From Takakia lepidozioides (lineage: Eukaryota > Plantae > Bryophyta), in contig CM060734.1 of NCBI GenBank assembly GCA_030704615.1, positions 51,894,001-51,958,000 of the forward strand: a DNA stretch of 64,000 nt. The letters are read 5' to 3'. The first letter of the stretch is position 1. Each line of letters starts with the position of its first letter. The notes beneath the pieces are model-generated. The model did no database searches, was not told the origin of the DNA, and saw only the letters and a program-made list of their open reading frames with translations. Positions 39,640 to 53,760 of this stretch are shown in pieces. A program made the position numbers and the translations under genes.

Positions 39640-42543
39640 CAAAGAGAAGAAGATTAATGTAAAATCCAAAGTAATAATAAGCATGAAATGGAAACACTCA
39701 CCGGGTACAATGGCAGCCAACATGATATGGCCTTTTTTTATTGAAAGATACGGAGGGATGTTGTAATTCACCATGGTCACCGGCCAAGTGGAATGATTAT
39801 ATCACTGGACAGAGAATGAGTTGACCCCATCCGAGGAGAAGCCGAGGCGGACATGTCGTGGGTCCTCCAAGAGAAAAGGCCACAAGGCCACATCTCTTCA
39901 GTATGCCTCCATGCTTGTGAATCTTGTGGCCCGCACACCTTTCCCGGGGGGCTCCGATGCGAGGCGTGCCATCTCATCAGTTATGCCAATGAGGGGCTTC
40001 GGTAGTGTGCCTACAATCGCGGGATGATTGGAAAGTAGTGCATTTTCTGGCACCATCCCCATGTCGGCCCCATATCATAATCATTGTCATTCATATCTCT
40101 AAGTAAAACCTTACGTCTTGTAGCGGTTGCAAAAAGGTAGAATGCAATATACAAGTGTATTGTGGCGCGGGTACACCTTGCGCGGGGCTTTCTTCCCTTG
40201 AACATCATCCCGATATCGGTCTTTGTTGCACTTTGGACACTTGGTGAGTTTCGCATCATCTCCGTAGTACAGGATTTTATCACATGGACATGCATGAAAA
40301 ATCTTATAGCCCATCCCCACAGCATCCAAGGCTGCTCTTGCCTCTTTTCTTGATCGTGGCATTCTCGGCTTCAAATGTGGGGCAAGGATGTAGTCCGCAA
40401 TAGTCCGCATTATGGCAGACATACCCACATTGTTTATGCCAAACCGGATTTGCAAATTCAGCAACAACAAGATGGTTGAAAGTCTACTCACTTTGGCCCC
40501 TTCGTATAAGGGAGTTTTGGCTTCTTTTTCCATGTCATTCAAAGAGTCTGTGTCCTCATCTACCATCTGATGCATTAAAAGGTCCTCCATTGCTGCCACA
40601 TCCTCATGCATAATTCCATTGTCATTGTTGTCCTCATCATCGGAGACCGCCATTTCAGACGGGGTCGGGTCTCTTTGATACGCACCCCCCTCCGAAGGAA
40701 CAAAATCCCGGTTCATGACAAGATCATGAACTTCATGAATTAATGTCGTGGGATTGTGGCCGGCATCCTAAGATGCCAAAAACAACCATATCATTATCAG
40801 TTTCCATACATGGCGTTGTTCATTATCATACAAGATAAAACCCAAAGTACACATTATACACACGAGGGGAATACATGCATTGCTTCACCACATGAAGGAG
40901 ACACTATATAATTCAAAATACCCAAATTCACATATAACGTCCATACAAACTCCCATGAATATAACATGAAAAACTGCATCCAAATACACATCAATGCCTA
41001 TGTACATATATACACGGTGGAGGAAGCCACCTCAATGTACAAAATGTCTTCCTACGTCCATCTACACATCATGAAAGTCGGCTAACGCCTAAAGTCATAC
41101 TCTGCAAACAACTCCTCTCCAGCCCTAATAGTCCTCCTTGCACATGTCATCACAAAAGTGGTGATGTTAGGATCCAATCTATTATCCCCGTTATGGCGCT
41201 CATCCCAAAACACGTTGGCGGTGTGGCCCGGCGGTAAGGTAACTGAATTGTTGATGAGCCCAGCCACGTTGCCGTACACATCGGGGTTTCCGTCACAATA
41301 AATATGGGCTTAGCGGCCCAAATTTCTCGCCCTTACATCATTGTCGTTCACAACAAGGATGTAAGGATGGATCAAGGACCCAAGGCCGTGTGTCTGCAAT
41401 AATTGCCACTCCCGGTGGTGTGTACCTCGGCCCAAAATAGGGGAACAAATCCACAGAATCCTCTCCTCCCCCCAAAACTACATCCTTCATAAAAAAAAGT
41501 CCACGACCCATACTAGGGTCCATTGCCTCCATCACGCAATACATGCGACCCCAAAAAAGAAATGGCTCACCCTCGGGAATCGGAACTGGACAAGGCACAA
41601 GACATTGGTAGAAATGGGGTTGGACTCCCATCGTGAATAGCTCCATAGCACCACGATGACGTATGGTGCCGTCATCAGGCCGACGAAGGCGCGGACCAAC
41701 CGTGCGAAATAACTTCGATCCACCTCTCCAAGGGGGCGGCGCCCGTCCATCACTTCGGGGGCCCTTCTCCCGGAGTGGGAACCTAGTGATCCATCGGTCC
41801 CAGTCATACACAGTCCCCAAAGGTGGTGGGATCCATCCGGGTTCTGCCGGAGGACCCGGATATGGACTCGGTGGCGGCTGTGGTCTCAGTAATGGAGGGG
41901 AAGAGAAACGTAGGTTGGTATGAGGGATCTCACGTGGAGGTAGTACTGGCCGAGATGGTCGGGATCTACGTCATGTTGCGAGAAAAAAAATGTTCACATC
42001 CGGAACGGGGTGGGGCTCGTAAGAAGGAAGAAACCCGCATCGGTATGCCTCTTCAGCAAAAAAATTGTGAGCTTGGATATCAAGACGGGGCTGCAAGATG
42101 CATGATATGAAATGCATCAATACTCAATTCACAAACGCGAGGTTTCATTAGATATAGTACTTTTAATTGAGGAGTACGTGAGAAGATATATGAACGACTT
42201 ACCTTTGCGGCATCAGCAATCTCATACTTGGCGTAATGTTTTTATACAACATGGGGTCGCCGCATCATCGTGTGGTCCTCCCAACCGGTAGTCGTGCCCA
42301 ACACCAACTACACCAACACTCAATCTTGGGGAGGCGGTCCCGGCGGGGTCTCCCTGGGGCTCGTGCCTCTGTACTTGGCGGCCTACGACCTCGGGGTGGT
42401 GGCCGTGGGGGCAAAGCTGTGCGGACATGGCGATGCCGCCTAACTCGTAGACGAGGCGAACGTGTTGTCTCGCCCTCAGCGGGTGGTTGTGGCACAGCCG
42501 GCAACGAATCCTCAAGCGTGACACGTCGACAAACACGCGACAT
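39640..42543 (-). pseudogene. CACTA/En-Spm transposase (TnpD-like), decayed, intron-containing
   Basis: HACPCDKILY..CPKCNKDRY, MHYFPIIPRL, DSQAWRH, RHVRLGFSSDGVN, NYNIPPYLSIKKGHIMLAAIVPG; probable first exon with CWCSWC at 42203-42543. Confidence 0.85.
41082..41877 (-). pseudogene. SET-domain (lysine methyltransferase-like) ORF inside the CACTA element
   Basis: MGRGLFF..LFPYFG..YCDGNPDVYGNVAGLINNS..CARRTIRAGEELFAEY; one frameshift near 41413 and one TAA near 41310. Confidence 0.8.
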
Positions 42544-43165
42544 GACCTAGCACGAGAGAGAGGTAGAGTACCGTATTGTGACCCACTGTAACCTCCGGAG
42601 GAGTTATACTCCCAACCCTTGGAATAACTTGAAAAAAAAAACCCTACAAACGTAAAGCCATATGTCCCCACCCCACCAAAAAACAAAACCCTAAAAACAA
42701 AACTATATTGCAGCTAATCCTAAATTAACTATATTATAACTAACCCTAAACTAAACTATGTAACCCTTAAAACCCTAAGAGCCAAAGACCCAAAAACCCA
42801 AATGATCCTTGCAAAACCCCATAACCCAAAAAACCAAATAAAAAAATAAAAAAATGAGAGGCCTCTTCAACTCACCTCTGCACCAGATCTGCGATTGCCG
42901 TGCGACGTCCGTGCGACCCCTGTGCGATGTCCCTGTGACTTCCGTGCGACATCCCCCTGAGGCAGCGATGCTCGTGCGATTCTCCAACGTCGCAGCGGAT
43001 CCTCCTCCTGCCAAGGTGGCCGCCCTTCTCTCCCATTCTCTCTCCCCTTCACGAAGGCGCCTGATCGCCGCCGAGGTTTCCCTGTGGGGTCGCCACACTG
43101 GCGCATCGCGGCGCAACCGACCGCCCTCTCACTCCCCCTCTCAATCTCTCTATCTGATCTCTCTC

Positions 43166-43665
43166 NNNNNNNNNNNNNNNNNNNNNNNNNNNNNNNNNNN
43201 NNNNNNNNNNNNNNNNNNNNNNNNNNNNNNNNNNNNNNNNNNNNNNNNNNNNNNNNNNNNNNNNNNNNNNNNNNNNNNNNNNNNNNNNNNNNNNNNNNNN
43301 NNNNNNNNNNNNNNNNNNNNNNNNNNNNNNNNNNNNNNNNNNNNNNNNNNNNNNNNNNNNNNNNNNNNNNNNNNNNNNNNNNNNNNNNNNNNNNNNNNNN
43401 NNNNNNNNNNNNNNNNNNNNNNNNNNNNNNNNNNNNNNNNNNNNNNNNNNNNNNNNNNNNNNNNNNNNNNNNNNNNNNNNNNNNNNNNNNNNNNNNNNNN
43501 NNNNNNNNNNNNNNNNNNNNNNNNNNNNNNNNNNNNNNNNNNNNNNNNNNNNNNNNNNNNNNNNNNNNNNNNNNNNNNNNNNNNNNNNNNNNNNNNNNNN
43601 NNNNNNNNNNNNNNNNNNNNNNNNNNNNNNNNNNNNNNNNNNNNNNNNNNNNNNNNNNNNNNNNN
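43166..43665. other. Assembly gap (500 N)
   Basis: Run of N. Confidence 1.
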
Positions 43666-46600
43666 ACGCTTCGTCAGCATTAGGCTCCACTAACTGCTGC
43701 AACTGAGCATTCCCACAGGAGGCCAGGTCCACTATCCAGAAAGCATGCGATCCTGGGAAGCTGAGCAGTGTAGGTAATGCTGCTCGTCGGTTTGACCCAC
43801 CTTGTTGACCACTGCCAAAGGCAAACGGTCATCTGTTCTCACACGTTGAGACTGCCTCCCTGTGTCCAGAATGTTATCCACTGTGAGATGTGCTGGCCGT
43901 TGCACCCCATCAAATGCACGCTTGAGCAGTGCGGGTGCATCATGTTAGTCCACCATAGCCGTGGACGATGAGCCCGTGACCCCACTGTAGCTGCATCTAG
44001 CAACACTGCTGACCCAAGCCACGACGGACTTGATGCACACTGGCCATCATCCTCGCCCGAGAATCGCCCATCAGTGGCACATTCTCCAAGATGTATGCTG
44101 GAGATACAGCTTGATGAAGCTGCAAGTGGCGCAAAACCCGCACCATCTCCCAAAACAGACCCGACCTCGAGTCTCGCAATCCATTGCCATGCCCGGCTGA
44201 TGAATGCCCTTGGCAGGGCCAACCTGCCACTACCAGATCAATGGAGCCAACCCGCTCCAAATCCTGCGCCCCCAGCAACGAAATGTCTGCTGGCAAGGCC
44301 TGCTGATATCCACGAATTGCACACCCGACAACAACTCAGGGTACCGCTGCACCAACTGAGCAACATGGCGAAGTGAAACGCGTCGTGCAGTCTCATCCCT
44401 CTCCACATACAGGTAACGCCGAACTCGTACACCTGCCTGTAACACAGCAGCCAATCCGGTGCTGATCCCGCCAAACAAGTCCAGAAGACAAATGCCTTCA
44501 TCCGGAGACTGCCACACAATAGGTGTGGTGTCCAATGGAGACAATTGAGGTGGTCCTGGTGCAATCCCCACACTCTCCTCCTCTCCTGACGGTACAAAAG
44601 CCTCCACCCAGGCTTGTTGCACCCGTCGATCAGCATCCCGCTGCAAATCCTTGCTCGTGCCCCACAATGGAGTCTGAGCAACCATGGTAGGCAACTCCGC
44701 CATACCATACATGTCATCCTGCTCTCCCGGAGGTGGTACATCCTCTGAATGAGCATTGCCCTCAAGCAACTCTCTAGGCCAACTCACTGCCGCTGTGAAT
44801 GCTGCTAGTGTCGGCATCTTGCCTCGCTGGGCAACCGCAACTCCTCCTATGAACGTCACAGGGAGCTGCACACGCCGGCCCTCCCCTGACTGCCATGCAG
44901 GCCTATAGGAAGCTGACTCCTCCCAAAAATCCAGGGTGAAGCCCATGGGGTACAACACTGCCCCACCAACCAGGACATCGTATGAGACTGCGTCTGTCAC
45001 AATGGCCTTGGCTCGCATCACTGAGCCATCTGTAGGGTGATCCGGCCGTAGTCTGATAGCCAACTCACGCCGTGTCATGCCCCGAGCCTGCTCCGATCCT
45101 CCCAGAGACGTCTGTATCTGGAAAGGACAAGGCTCCATATCCGCCTCCGTGAGGCCCAAGCCTGCAATAGCAGCTCTGCCCAGCATCAATGGCTGAGCTC
45201 CCGAGTCCAACAAGACCCGCAGTGGCCGGTACCTCTTGCCTGCCGGTCCACTCAAACAGAAAATGCCATCCTGGTTGTCTAACATGACAACTCCAGGTGT
45301 CCATGGCGCGCTCAATGGCTGGCCTAGCTGGCAGCTCCATCAACCTGGCAGCTGCAGCTTGCCATGGCGCCGCCGTGGCAGTCTTGACCCTCAAATCCGA
45401 GGATCCCTCCGGCACTACACCTCCCACTATCTCCGCAGAAGATGAAGTAACCTCCCCACTCTCACAGAGTGTAGCTGCCAGCCTGAACACCTCAGCTGGT
45501 CTTACCCCCGGCGTCGCAATCATGGTAGCCGAGAACAATGGAGCCTGGCACACAGATGTGGCCGCTCCTAGCAGCACACTAGCTGCCGTAGCCTTGGCAA
45601 CACTAGGTAGTGGTGCTACCCGTGTAGCTCTCCCCAATGGCATAGTAACCTCCGCCTCGGTAACAGTCGGGCGAGAACTAGGTGCCATGGATGGCGTCGA
45701 CACTGTCTCCGCCAATGTGAATGACTGAGGAAGCCTAGCCTGACGGCTTGCCTCCCCACGCTGTGGATCCAACTCCACCTCTGCACCTCGTGGCTCAGGA
45801 ACTCGTGCTGCTCCTCGAGTCACGGCTGCAGCAGACTCCACCTGCACTAGTGGTAGTGCTGCTCCACACATGAATCCCATGCCTCCCATATCTCCTCCCT
45901 CAGGAGCAGGAGGTGGACCATCCGGCCTTAGAGCCGGTACCACCTGAGCTGTAGCCATGGCAGCGAGCCTCTGCTCTAGCTGCTGAAGCCGGTTGGCCAT
46001 GCCTTGGTCAACACCCTGACCTCCGCGTCCTTGGCCACGTTGAGCTTGCCCTTGGCCTCGTGGCTGGCCACCTCGTCCCTCTGGGCTGCTCCACCTCGCC
46101 CCCGGCCACCATTGTTCCCTTGGAACTGGCCTGGGCGCAACTCAGGATGCAAACCATAACACTGAGCCTCTCCATGCCCGTGTTTGCCACAATGCCCACA
46201 CTGTAACTGTGCAGGCTGTGCATGTGCCGGCCCTTTGCCTCCCTCTGGACAATCCTTCTTGACATGGGGTCCTCCACATGTCCAGCACACCCACATCCGC
46301 CCGTTGTTGGCCAGCAAATGAAGGGAGAGACCCCTGCATCTGAGGTCCTCTCTGCCCTTCCCTGAGCTTCACCTGAGCCCCCTTGTTGCCTTGAGCACGT
46401 TGAGGTAGTGGTTGGCTAGGAGCACCACTACCCCGTGGTGTCTCCTTAGCAAATCCCACCATGACCACTCGTTCCTCCACCATGTTGAGCTCTATCCGCT
46501 CTGCCAGCAAAAACACATTTGCTAAGGTGGGTTGGGCCGCTTGTAGGAGAGTTGCATCCCGCACCCTTCTCCTCAGCTCCTTGTCCAATATCCCATACCA

Positions 46601-49600
46601 GAATTGGACTGCCTGAGCTTCCGTAACCCCTTGGGTTACATTTATCAAGCGCCTCATGCGAGTGAAAGCCTCCCTCAAGCTCTCGGTCGGCTTCCGTTGG
46701 AACTCTTGCAAGCTCCGCAACTTCTCTGTCCTCACCCCTTGGTAGTTCCCTCTCAACTCTTCGAAGAACTCCACAACAGGGTTGAAGGCAGGCACGGGTG
46801 CTAGTGCTGGTGCGGTAGTGGCTTGGGTGGACGTCGTAGCTACTGTACCACCAGTCCCACTGCTACTTGCTGAAGCTGCCGGTGCATGCAGCGGCAGGTG
46901 TAGCCACTGCCCTCGTGGCTCTAGTGCCCCTAGTGATGGAGACATAGTCGGGTGACCAGTACATCCTCCACTCCTCGATCTCAACCTCATGCCCCCGCCT
47001 GAACTCATGGTAATCATCCATAGGCGGCCCCTCAAGGTGCTGAAACAGCCCTTTCCATGCCATGAAAGGCGTAAATAGTTGTGGATTGCGCATTTGCTGC
47101 AAATCACACCAACTATCAAACTCTTGGATAAAATCATCCAACTCGATGGTGCCCACCGCCCCAGAGTACCTTCGTGGCCCCTTGGTAGCTCCATACATCT
47201 CCTCCATTGTGTCCCACAACAATGGCAAAGAAACAACTTGCACCGCCGGTATGAGTCCTCCTGATTCACAATCCGAATCAGAACCTTCCGTAGAAGACAC
47301 AGGAGGTGAAGGTGGCCTAAACCGCACACCTCGTCTCGTGTACCCACTAGTATCGCTAGTGCTCGAACCGGCACTGTCCCCAGCAACTAGTGGCACCTCC
47401 GTGTTGACACTCAACCGGTCATGAACATGTCCCTAACCCCCTCTTCACAAGGTAACCGGGTAGAGAACCTGTTGCGGCTTATGGTTTGGAATACTAAGTT
47501 CCTAACATAGCCTACACCTGTACCTGCATCCACCGCAAGCACTCCTATGGTTGGCTGGTCATCACCTCCAACCTCACCACAGGAGAAACAATGATGGTCT
47601 GGCTGGTCATCACCCCAGCCTCACCATCGACAGCATGCTCTAGGACTGGCCGGTGATCAAATCCGGACCAATCACCTATAAAAACAAGCGCCCACACAAA
47701 ACTAGCATGGCGCACAGTCAAGCATGCAGGTATGGAGGGGATCCAAACACAAGAAATCAGATCGACAACTCCCCCACACCAAAAACAACTCCACGGTGTT
47801 GCTCCTGCAAGGACACCCCAGCCCAAACCCGGACTGACTCTTGCCTCCACCTACGGAAAGGTCTTGGCCTAATGAGAGGGTGGAAACTACGAGGAAGAGA
47901 AGCTAAAGCAATGCCTAACCCCAGCATGCTCTCATCCCAACACTCTGCCTCTCCTCTCTACCCTCACTTGCATGACCATGGGAATATCATGAAGATACTC
48001 CTCAAACCGCCCTCCACGAGCTTCAAAATTCGGCCTTCCAGACCACATGCCAGTCCTTAGGCAGTCCACCAGTGCCTCCACGAGTCAGCACAGGCCGTCC
48101 ACAGGTCAACACGGGCCACCACAGACCAGCACAGGCCCACACAGCTCACTGGTCACAGCCGTCACCAGTCCCACAGGCCACTGGGCACAGCCTGTCACAG
48201 CGCCAAGCCCATCACAGCCCGTCACAGCCTCAAAGGCCTCAGGCACGGCCTGTCACAGCCCCTCACAGCCCCTCACAGCCTCAAAGGCCATGGGCACGGC
48301 CTGTCACAGCCCCTCACAGCCCGTCACAGCCTCAAAGGCTCAGGCACGGCCTGTCAAGCCCCTCACAGCCCCTCACAGCCCCAAAGGCCATGGGCACAGC
48401 CTGTCACAGCTCGCCACAGCCTGTCACAGCCCGTCACAGCCCCACAGGCCTCAGGCACAGCCTGTCACAGCCCCGCACAGCCCGTCACAGCCCCAAAGGC
48501 CACTGGGCACAGCTGTCACAGTCTGACACAGCCCGTCACAGCCCCAAGGGCACAGGGCACAGCCTGCACAGCCCGTCACAGCCCCCAGGGCACAGGCACA
48601 GCCTGTCACAGCCCCTCACAGCCCATCACAGCCTGTCACAGCTGCCACAGCCTGTCACAGCCGTCACAGCCTCAAAGGCCTCAGGCACGGTCTGTCACAG
48701 CCCCTCACAGCCCGTCACAGCCCCAACGGCCATGGGCACGCCTGTCACAGCCCGTCACAGCCCCAAAGGCCCCAGGCACGGCCTGTCACAGCCCGTCACA
48801 GCCCGTCACAGCCCCAAAGGCCATGGGCACGGCCTGTCACAGCCCCTCACAGCCCTCACAGCCCCAAAGGCCCCAGGCACGGCCTGTCACAGCCCTCACA
48901 GCCCGTCACAGCCTCAAAGGCCTCCTCACAGCCCCTCACAGCCCGTCACAGCCCCAAAGGCCATGGCACAGCCTGTCACAGCTCGCCACAGCCTCCAGTC
49001 TGACACAGCCCGTCACAGCCCCACAGGGCACAGGGCACAGCCTATCACAGCCTGACACAGCCCGTCACAGCCCCACAGGGCACAGGGCACGCCTGTCACA
49101 GCCTGTCACAGCCTGTCACAGCCCGTCACAGCCTCAAAGGCCTCAGGCACGGCCTGTCACAGCCCCTCACAGCCCGTCACAGCCCCAACGGCCATGGGCA
49201 CGGCCTGTCACAGCCCGTCACAGCCCGTCACAGCCCCAAAGCCCAGGCACGGCCTGTCACAGCCCCTCACAGCCCGTCACAGCCCCAAAGGCCATGGGCA
49301 CGGCCTGTCACAGCCCCTCACAGCCCGTCACAGCCCCAAAGGCCCCAGGCACGGCCTGTCACAGCCCTCACAGCCCGTCACAGCCTCAAAGGCCTCAGGC
49401 ACGGCCTGTCACAGCCCCTCACAGCCCCTCACAGCCCCAAAGGCCATGTGGGCACAGCCTGTCACAGCTTGCCACAGCCTGTCACAGCCCGTCACAGCCC
49501 CACAGGCCTAGGGCACAGCCTGTCACCTCCCCGCAACAGCCCGTCACCGCCCCAAATGCCACTGGCACAACAAGCCTGTCACAAAATCCCATCCTGCCAC

Positions 49601-51651
49601 AGCCCGTCACCCGCCCCCTGGCTCAGGGCACAGCCTGTCCACACACGCCCATCACAGCCTGTCACATCTTCCACAAAGCCTGCACAGCCGTCACAGCCCC
49701 ACAGCCCCACAGTCCTTCAGGGCACGCCTGTCACAGCCCATCACAGCCCTCTCACAAACAGCTTGCCACAGCCTGTCACAAACAGCCCCACACATTGCCG
49801 CTCTGGCAGTTTAGCCATTTCTCCAAGGGGTTTTAGCCACGCCAAGCTAGGGTTTGTGTCTCTTTCGACTCTAGGCTCTTTCCACCGAGCTATGGTGGCT
49901 GTGAGGAAATCAGCAAGGTATCCTGCTCTTTCGGCTCCCACACACCACCATACTAGCCCTAAGCCATGAGGTGGTTGCCACAAACCAAGCCTTTCTTTCT
50001 CACTTAGCCTCCCCAACACGCACTAAACTCAATGGCAAACAACCAAGCCTGCTGGTTCCCAGCCCTTGTGAGCACTCATTCAAGCACTCTCATTGGCCAT
50101 AACATCTGTCTTAGAGCCTATTCCAGCCCTCTACACCTGTTGCTTCAAGAGTTGCGCTCCCTTCAAGCTTGAAGTTGAAACCCCAACTCACATAGGCCCT
50201 ACAAGTGTTTTTCTTTCACTCCAAGTGAAACCATGCCCTAGACCTCCGTTCTAGCTCTCTAAGGCTTGAAAACCTAGCCTCAATGGCTGAAGGCCATGCT
50301 CCACACATGCCCCACTCTCACCATAAGAAAATCAACTCCTTTGCTTCATTTCTTGCACCCACAACCTGATAATACAAGCTTCAGCAGGCTGAAAGCATGC
50401 TCTACTACATGCCCTACAAAAAGGGAAACCAGCCCCTTCATTCCTTTCTTGCACTCCCACAACCTAAAGTGCAAGCCTTCACCCAGGCTGATAGCATGCT
50501 CCACACATACATTGCCCTCACATAAGGGAAGTCAGCCCTCCCTCTTCCTTGCTTGCCCTCCAAGCTTGAAGATGGAAGCTTCAATGAGCTGTACATGCTC
50601 CACACATGCAACCTCTTCACACAAAGATATCAGCCCCCTATCTTGGCTCCTTGCTCCTTGATGCTCTCTATGACAAGACTAAGCACTCCATAGCCTTTGC
50701 CAAGCTCCTGAAACCCTAAGGCTTACATTCCAGCCACAAGACACTTTCTCTTGTGGTGCAAGAACTCTTCTCCAAGCTCTGAAACCTAGGTGCACTTCCA
50801 TGGCCTTGCCGCACCTCTTAGCTCCTGTTCCAGCCCTGCTCTTGCCATGACAAGAGCCCTCTCAATGATGAAGCTCGAGATTGAAACCCAATCTCACCAT
50901 ACTCCACAAAGTGCACTGACTGATTTGCCCCAAGCAAAATCAGCCCTTTCGCTTGGTCTTGCAATCCTTCACACAAGGAAAGCTCGCATTCCCAAGTCCA
51001 GTTCTCAGCTTTGCCACCAAAGCCACTATAACCTGCTCTTGACTGGTCCTCTTCCCAATCGTGCTTGCTCATGCATGTACACAATCTGGAACCATCAAGG
51101 TGCTCTGGAATTACCTGCAGCATGGTGCTTTCATCTCTGAAGCTGAAGATCGAATGCCAAGGTCTACCACCTCGTAACCCACATCGCCTCCGCTTCTAAC
51201 AACTAAGAGCTCCACGGTGCTCCTTGCATAACAACTTGGTTTCTCTCATTCTCAAGCAAAAACCACAATGCTACAACTAACTCGTATCTGGCACTCACAG
51301 ATACGAGCTGATAATTTCTCGAGTGATAAAGAAGAAGAATACAAGCACAAGCTCATGCGAGCTCACAAAGCTGAAGCATAAACTCATGCATATATAACCT
51401 CATCACTCAAATACAAGTCAAGCCAAGGTGCACCCCACGCCATGGGGAATCCACACTACGGCGCCATAGCTAGGCGCGGTGAGGCTCAACTCGAGAAAGA
51501 TGAGCCTCCCGCGCTTGCCGTGAAGATAACCACTCCAGGGCCTAAATCTGCCTTGACCCCTGGATTGACACTTGGGCCAATCCCAAATGTCAATATGTAA
51601 AAGCTAGCTATTTCCTAGCTAGTTTCACACTAGTGGTAAAATAACTTGACA
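43666..51651 (-). mobile_element. DNMT-encoding Ty3/Gypsy-type retroelement, copy 2 (3' part lost in the gap)
   Basis: Colinear with 6597-13181 and starts at the same TGTCAAG terminus; gag ~45980-47414, protease ~44900-45260, DNMT 43666-44500; ORF 44230-45315 joins protease in frame to DNMT motif I. Confidence 0.92.
48150..49800. repeat. Expanded CACAGCC minisatellite in the 5' UTR of copy 2
   Basis: About 1.65 kb of CACAGCC/GTCACAGCC units with higher-order periodicity. Confidence 0.95.
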
Positions 51652-51909
51652 ACCGCCAGCGTGAAGGAGCTGCCGTGTGAGGGAGCTGCCCTCCCTCTCC
51701 CTTCTCGCTCTCTCTCATTCTCCTCTTATCCCGCATCTCCTCTCCCTCTTGCCCTTATCTTCTCTCTCTCCCTCAGTCTTTCCTCGCTCTCCTCTCTCCC
51801 TCTTCTCCCTTTTTTGTTGTTTGAGCGAGGGAGTGTGCCCACGCGACCTGGTGCGGAGCGCCAGCGGAACGCCAGCGTGAAGGAGCTGCTGCGTGAGGCG
51901 CCCAACTGC

Positions 51910-53760
51910 AGGTAAGCACCATGCATTTCTGATCTTCATAGTGAGAGATTTCAGTGAGAGTTTGGGTTCCACGGAGTAGACAGTGGAATCCCCACGGATC
52001 TCATAGTATATAGGACAATAGAAGAAGTGTTCTTCAGTTTCAATTTCATGGAGAGAGAGGGAAGATAAAATGTCTTGTCGAGACATGGACAAGACCAAAC
52101 AAGGTCTTTGTCAATTTGTATGACAAATCAGCCTCATAACGAGGCACTATCAATCACTCTTCATTCATAAACCAGTCTGATGACATATAACAGATCTCAC
52201 AGTTCATGAAATCTCTGGGAGGGGGGTGGATCATATAATTACCACCCATGTTCCCATTAATAAACTGGAGAAGAAGTTCCAGTTTTCATATAGCCATAAT
52301 GGTCAGATTAGAGCAGTAAACAACTTCTAAACTATTTACACATGAAGGGAAAGTCCACACATCTTGTTTTTTGTCCCAAGACCTAGTTTCAATTTGGGGC
52401 CAGTGTATAAATGGATTCAAAAGGTTTTGAGAAGTAAGTGATTACTGATAGTCACAGACTATAAAGAAATCCAGAAAAACATGTCATGGTATATGCCTTA
52501 GTAGTAAAGCCAGTCTATCCAGAGCCCGTTTTAGGTCTTGGGGCAATCTGTATCTACTCCAGCAAGGTACTTGCAAGGTCACAAACAAGTAGAGAAGGAC
52601 AAGAACCCATATGGTCTGCATCAGGCAGCATACATGGCCTAAAAACAAAGGATGTGGTTTCTTATGTCCTCTTACTTAGCTGCTTGATATCATTCAAGCC
52701 ACAGCATCATACCAGTCCCATAGACCGAAAAAAAAAGCTCATGATGTGCTGTAAGACAGCAAATCCAGCATCATCACGTAGTGTAGCAGAAATCAAAGGC
52801 AAAAGTCTTTAATAGAAAGTATGTGTTCTAATAAAGCTCATCTAATGTATTAATGCTCAACAGGAAGAGTTGGAAGCATAGCCAGAAAGATCAAGAAATG
52901 GGGGCAGATTCGAATCAGCTCCCTGAAGAAACAGCTTGAGTCGACTTCACTTCATCTTGCTAGTTTTCAATCAATTGCAAGCTTCATGAATCATATTAAG
53001 TGAGGGCCCTCACCTGGTCCCATCACATGCAGTCAAAAAACAATGAAGTTAGTGAAGATGTGGAACCCCAGGTGAATATCAGGCCTCACACTTGTTATCG
53101 CTGTACAACATGCGTTCCAAGAACTCGATAATCGACAGCCCAAACAAACAATGGTTTGCTGAAATCTATGAGCATTTTATCAGGTGAAGGGACTTCCTGA
53201 TGGTTTAAGAGCGGCGCTGGATCTTAATGACCATTGAACGGAACGACAAGCAGTCACAGCTTAAAGTAAGTTGCCCGCCAAGGGAAGAGACAACCTCATT
53301 GAGGGAATTGAAGCTCAGCCGCCTTTGTATACCCCAAGGGGATTTGAAAAGTACTGGAATCTTGCCAGAGCACTTGCAGGCTGTCATAAAGCTTCTCCAT
53401 AGCCATCAGATTCACAAGATTTGTGCTTAAATGATCCCTCTGACACCATCTCTCAGCTCCATCAGAATCAAAACGCACGAGTTTCGTGCAGAGTTTAAGG
53501 GCGGAGGAAGAGATAGGGCAAACCTTCGCGATTTCATCCAGAATAGATGAAAAACAGATAATGTAAAGTATTTCCCTAATTCCATCATGATGTCATCCAG
53601 TAGTGATGGCATCCAAAAGTAGAGTCTGGCTTTCATTAGGGTTTAGTTTTCATGACCAAACTCATCCAAAGAACCCAGTAATCAGAGAATTTGCTATAAT
53701 GGAATTCCTCCATTTTCGTGATTACATCCATTGTGGATTAAAAAAGGTTAGACAAAATTA
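51910..53760 (-). mobile_element. Degenerate LINE ORF2 remnants
   Basis: IETEEHFFYCPIYYEIR (C-terminal Zn finger) and Trp-rich L1-like fragments; related sequence at 55640-55850. Confidence 0.5.

Noticed and set aside
39290-39640. Possible organellar insertion or MITE
   Set aside because: Short palindromes only; no termini, TSD or recognisable organellar gene.
42854-43732. ORFs spanning the N run; physical linkage of the CACTA-SET element to DNMT copy 2
   Set aside because: Assembly gap; the ORFs are artefacts and adjacency is unverified.
48047-49969. Pro/Ser/His-rich extensin-like ORFs
   Set aside because: Open in several frames only because the minisatellite lacks stop codons.
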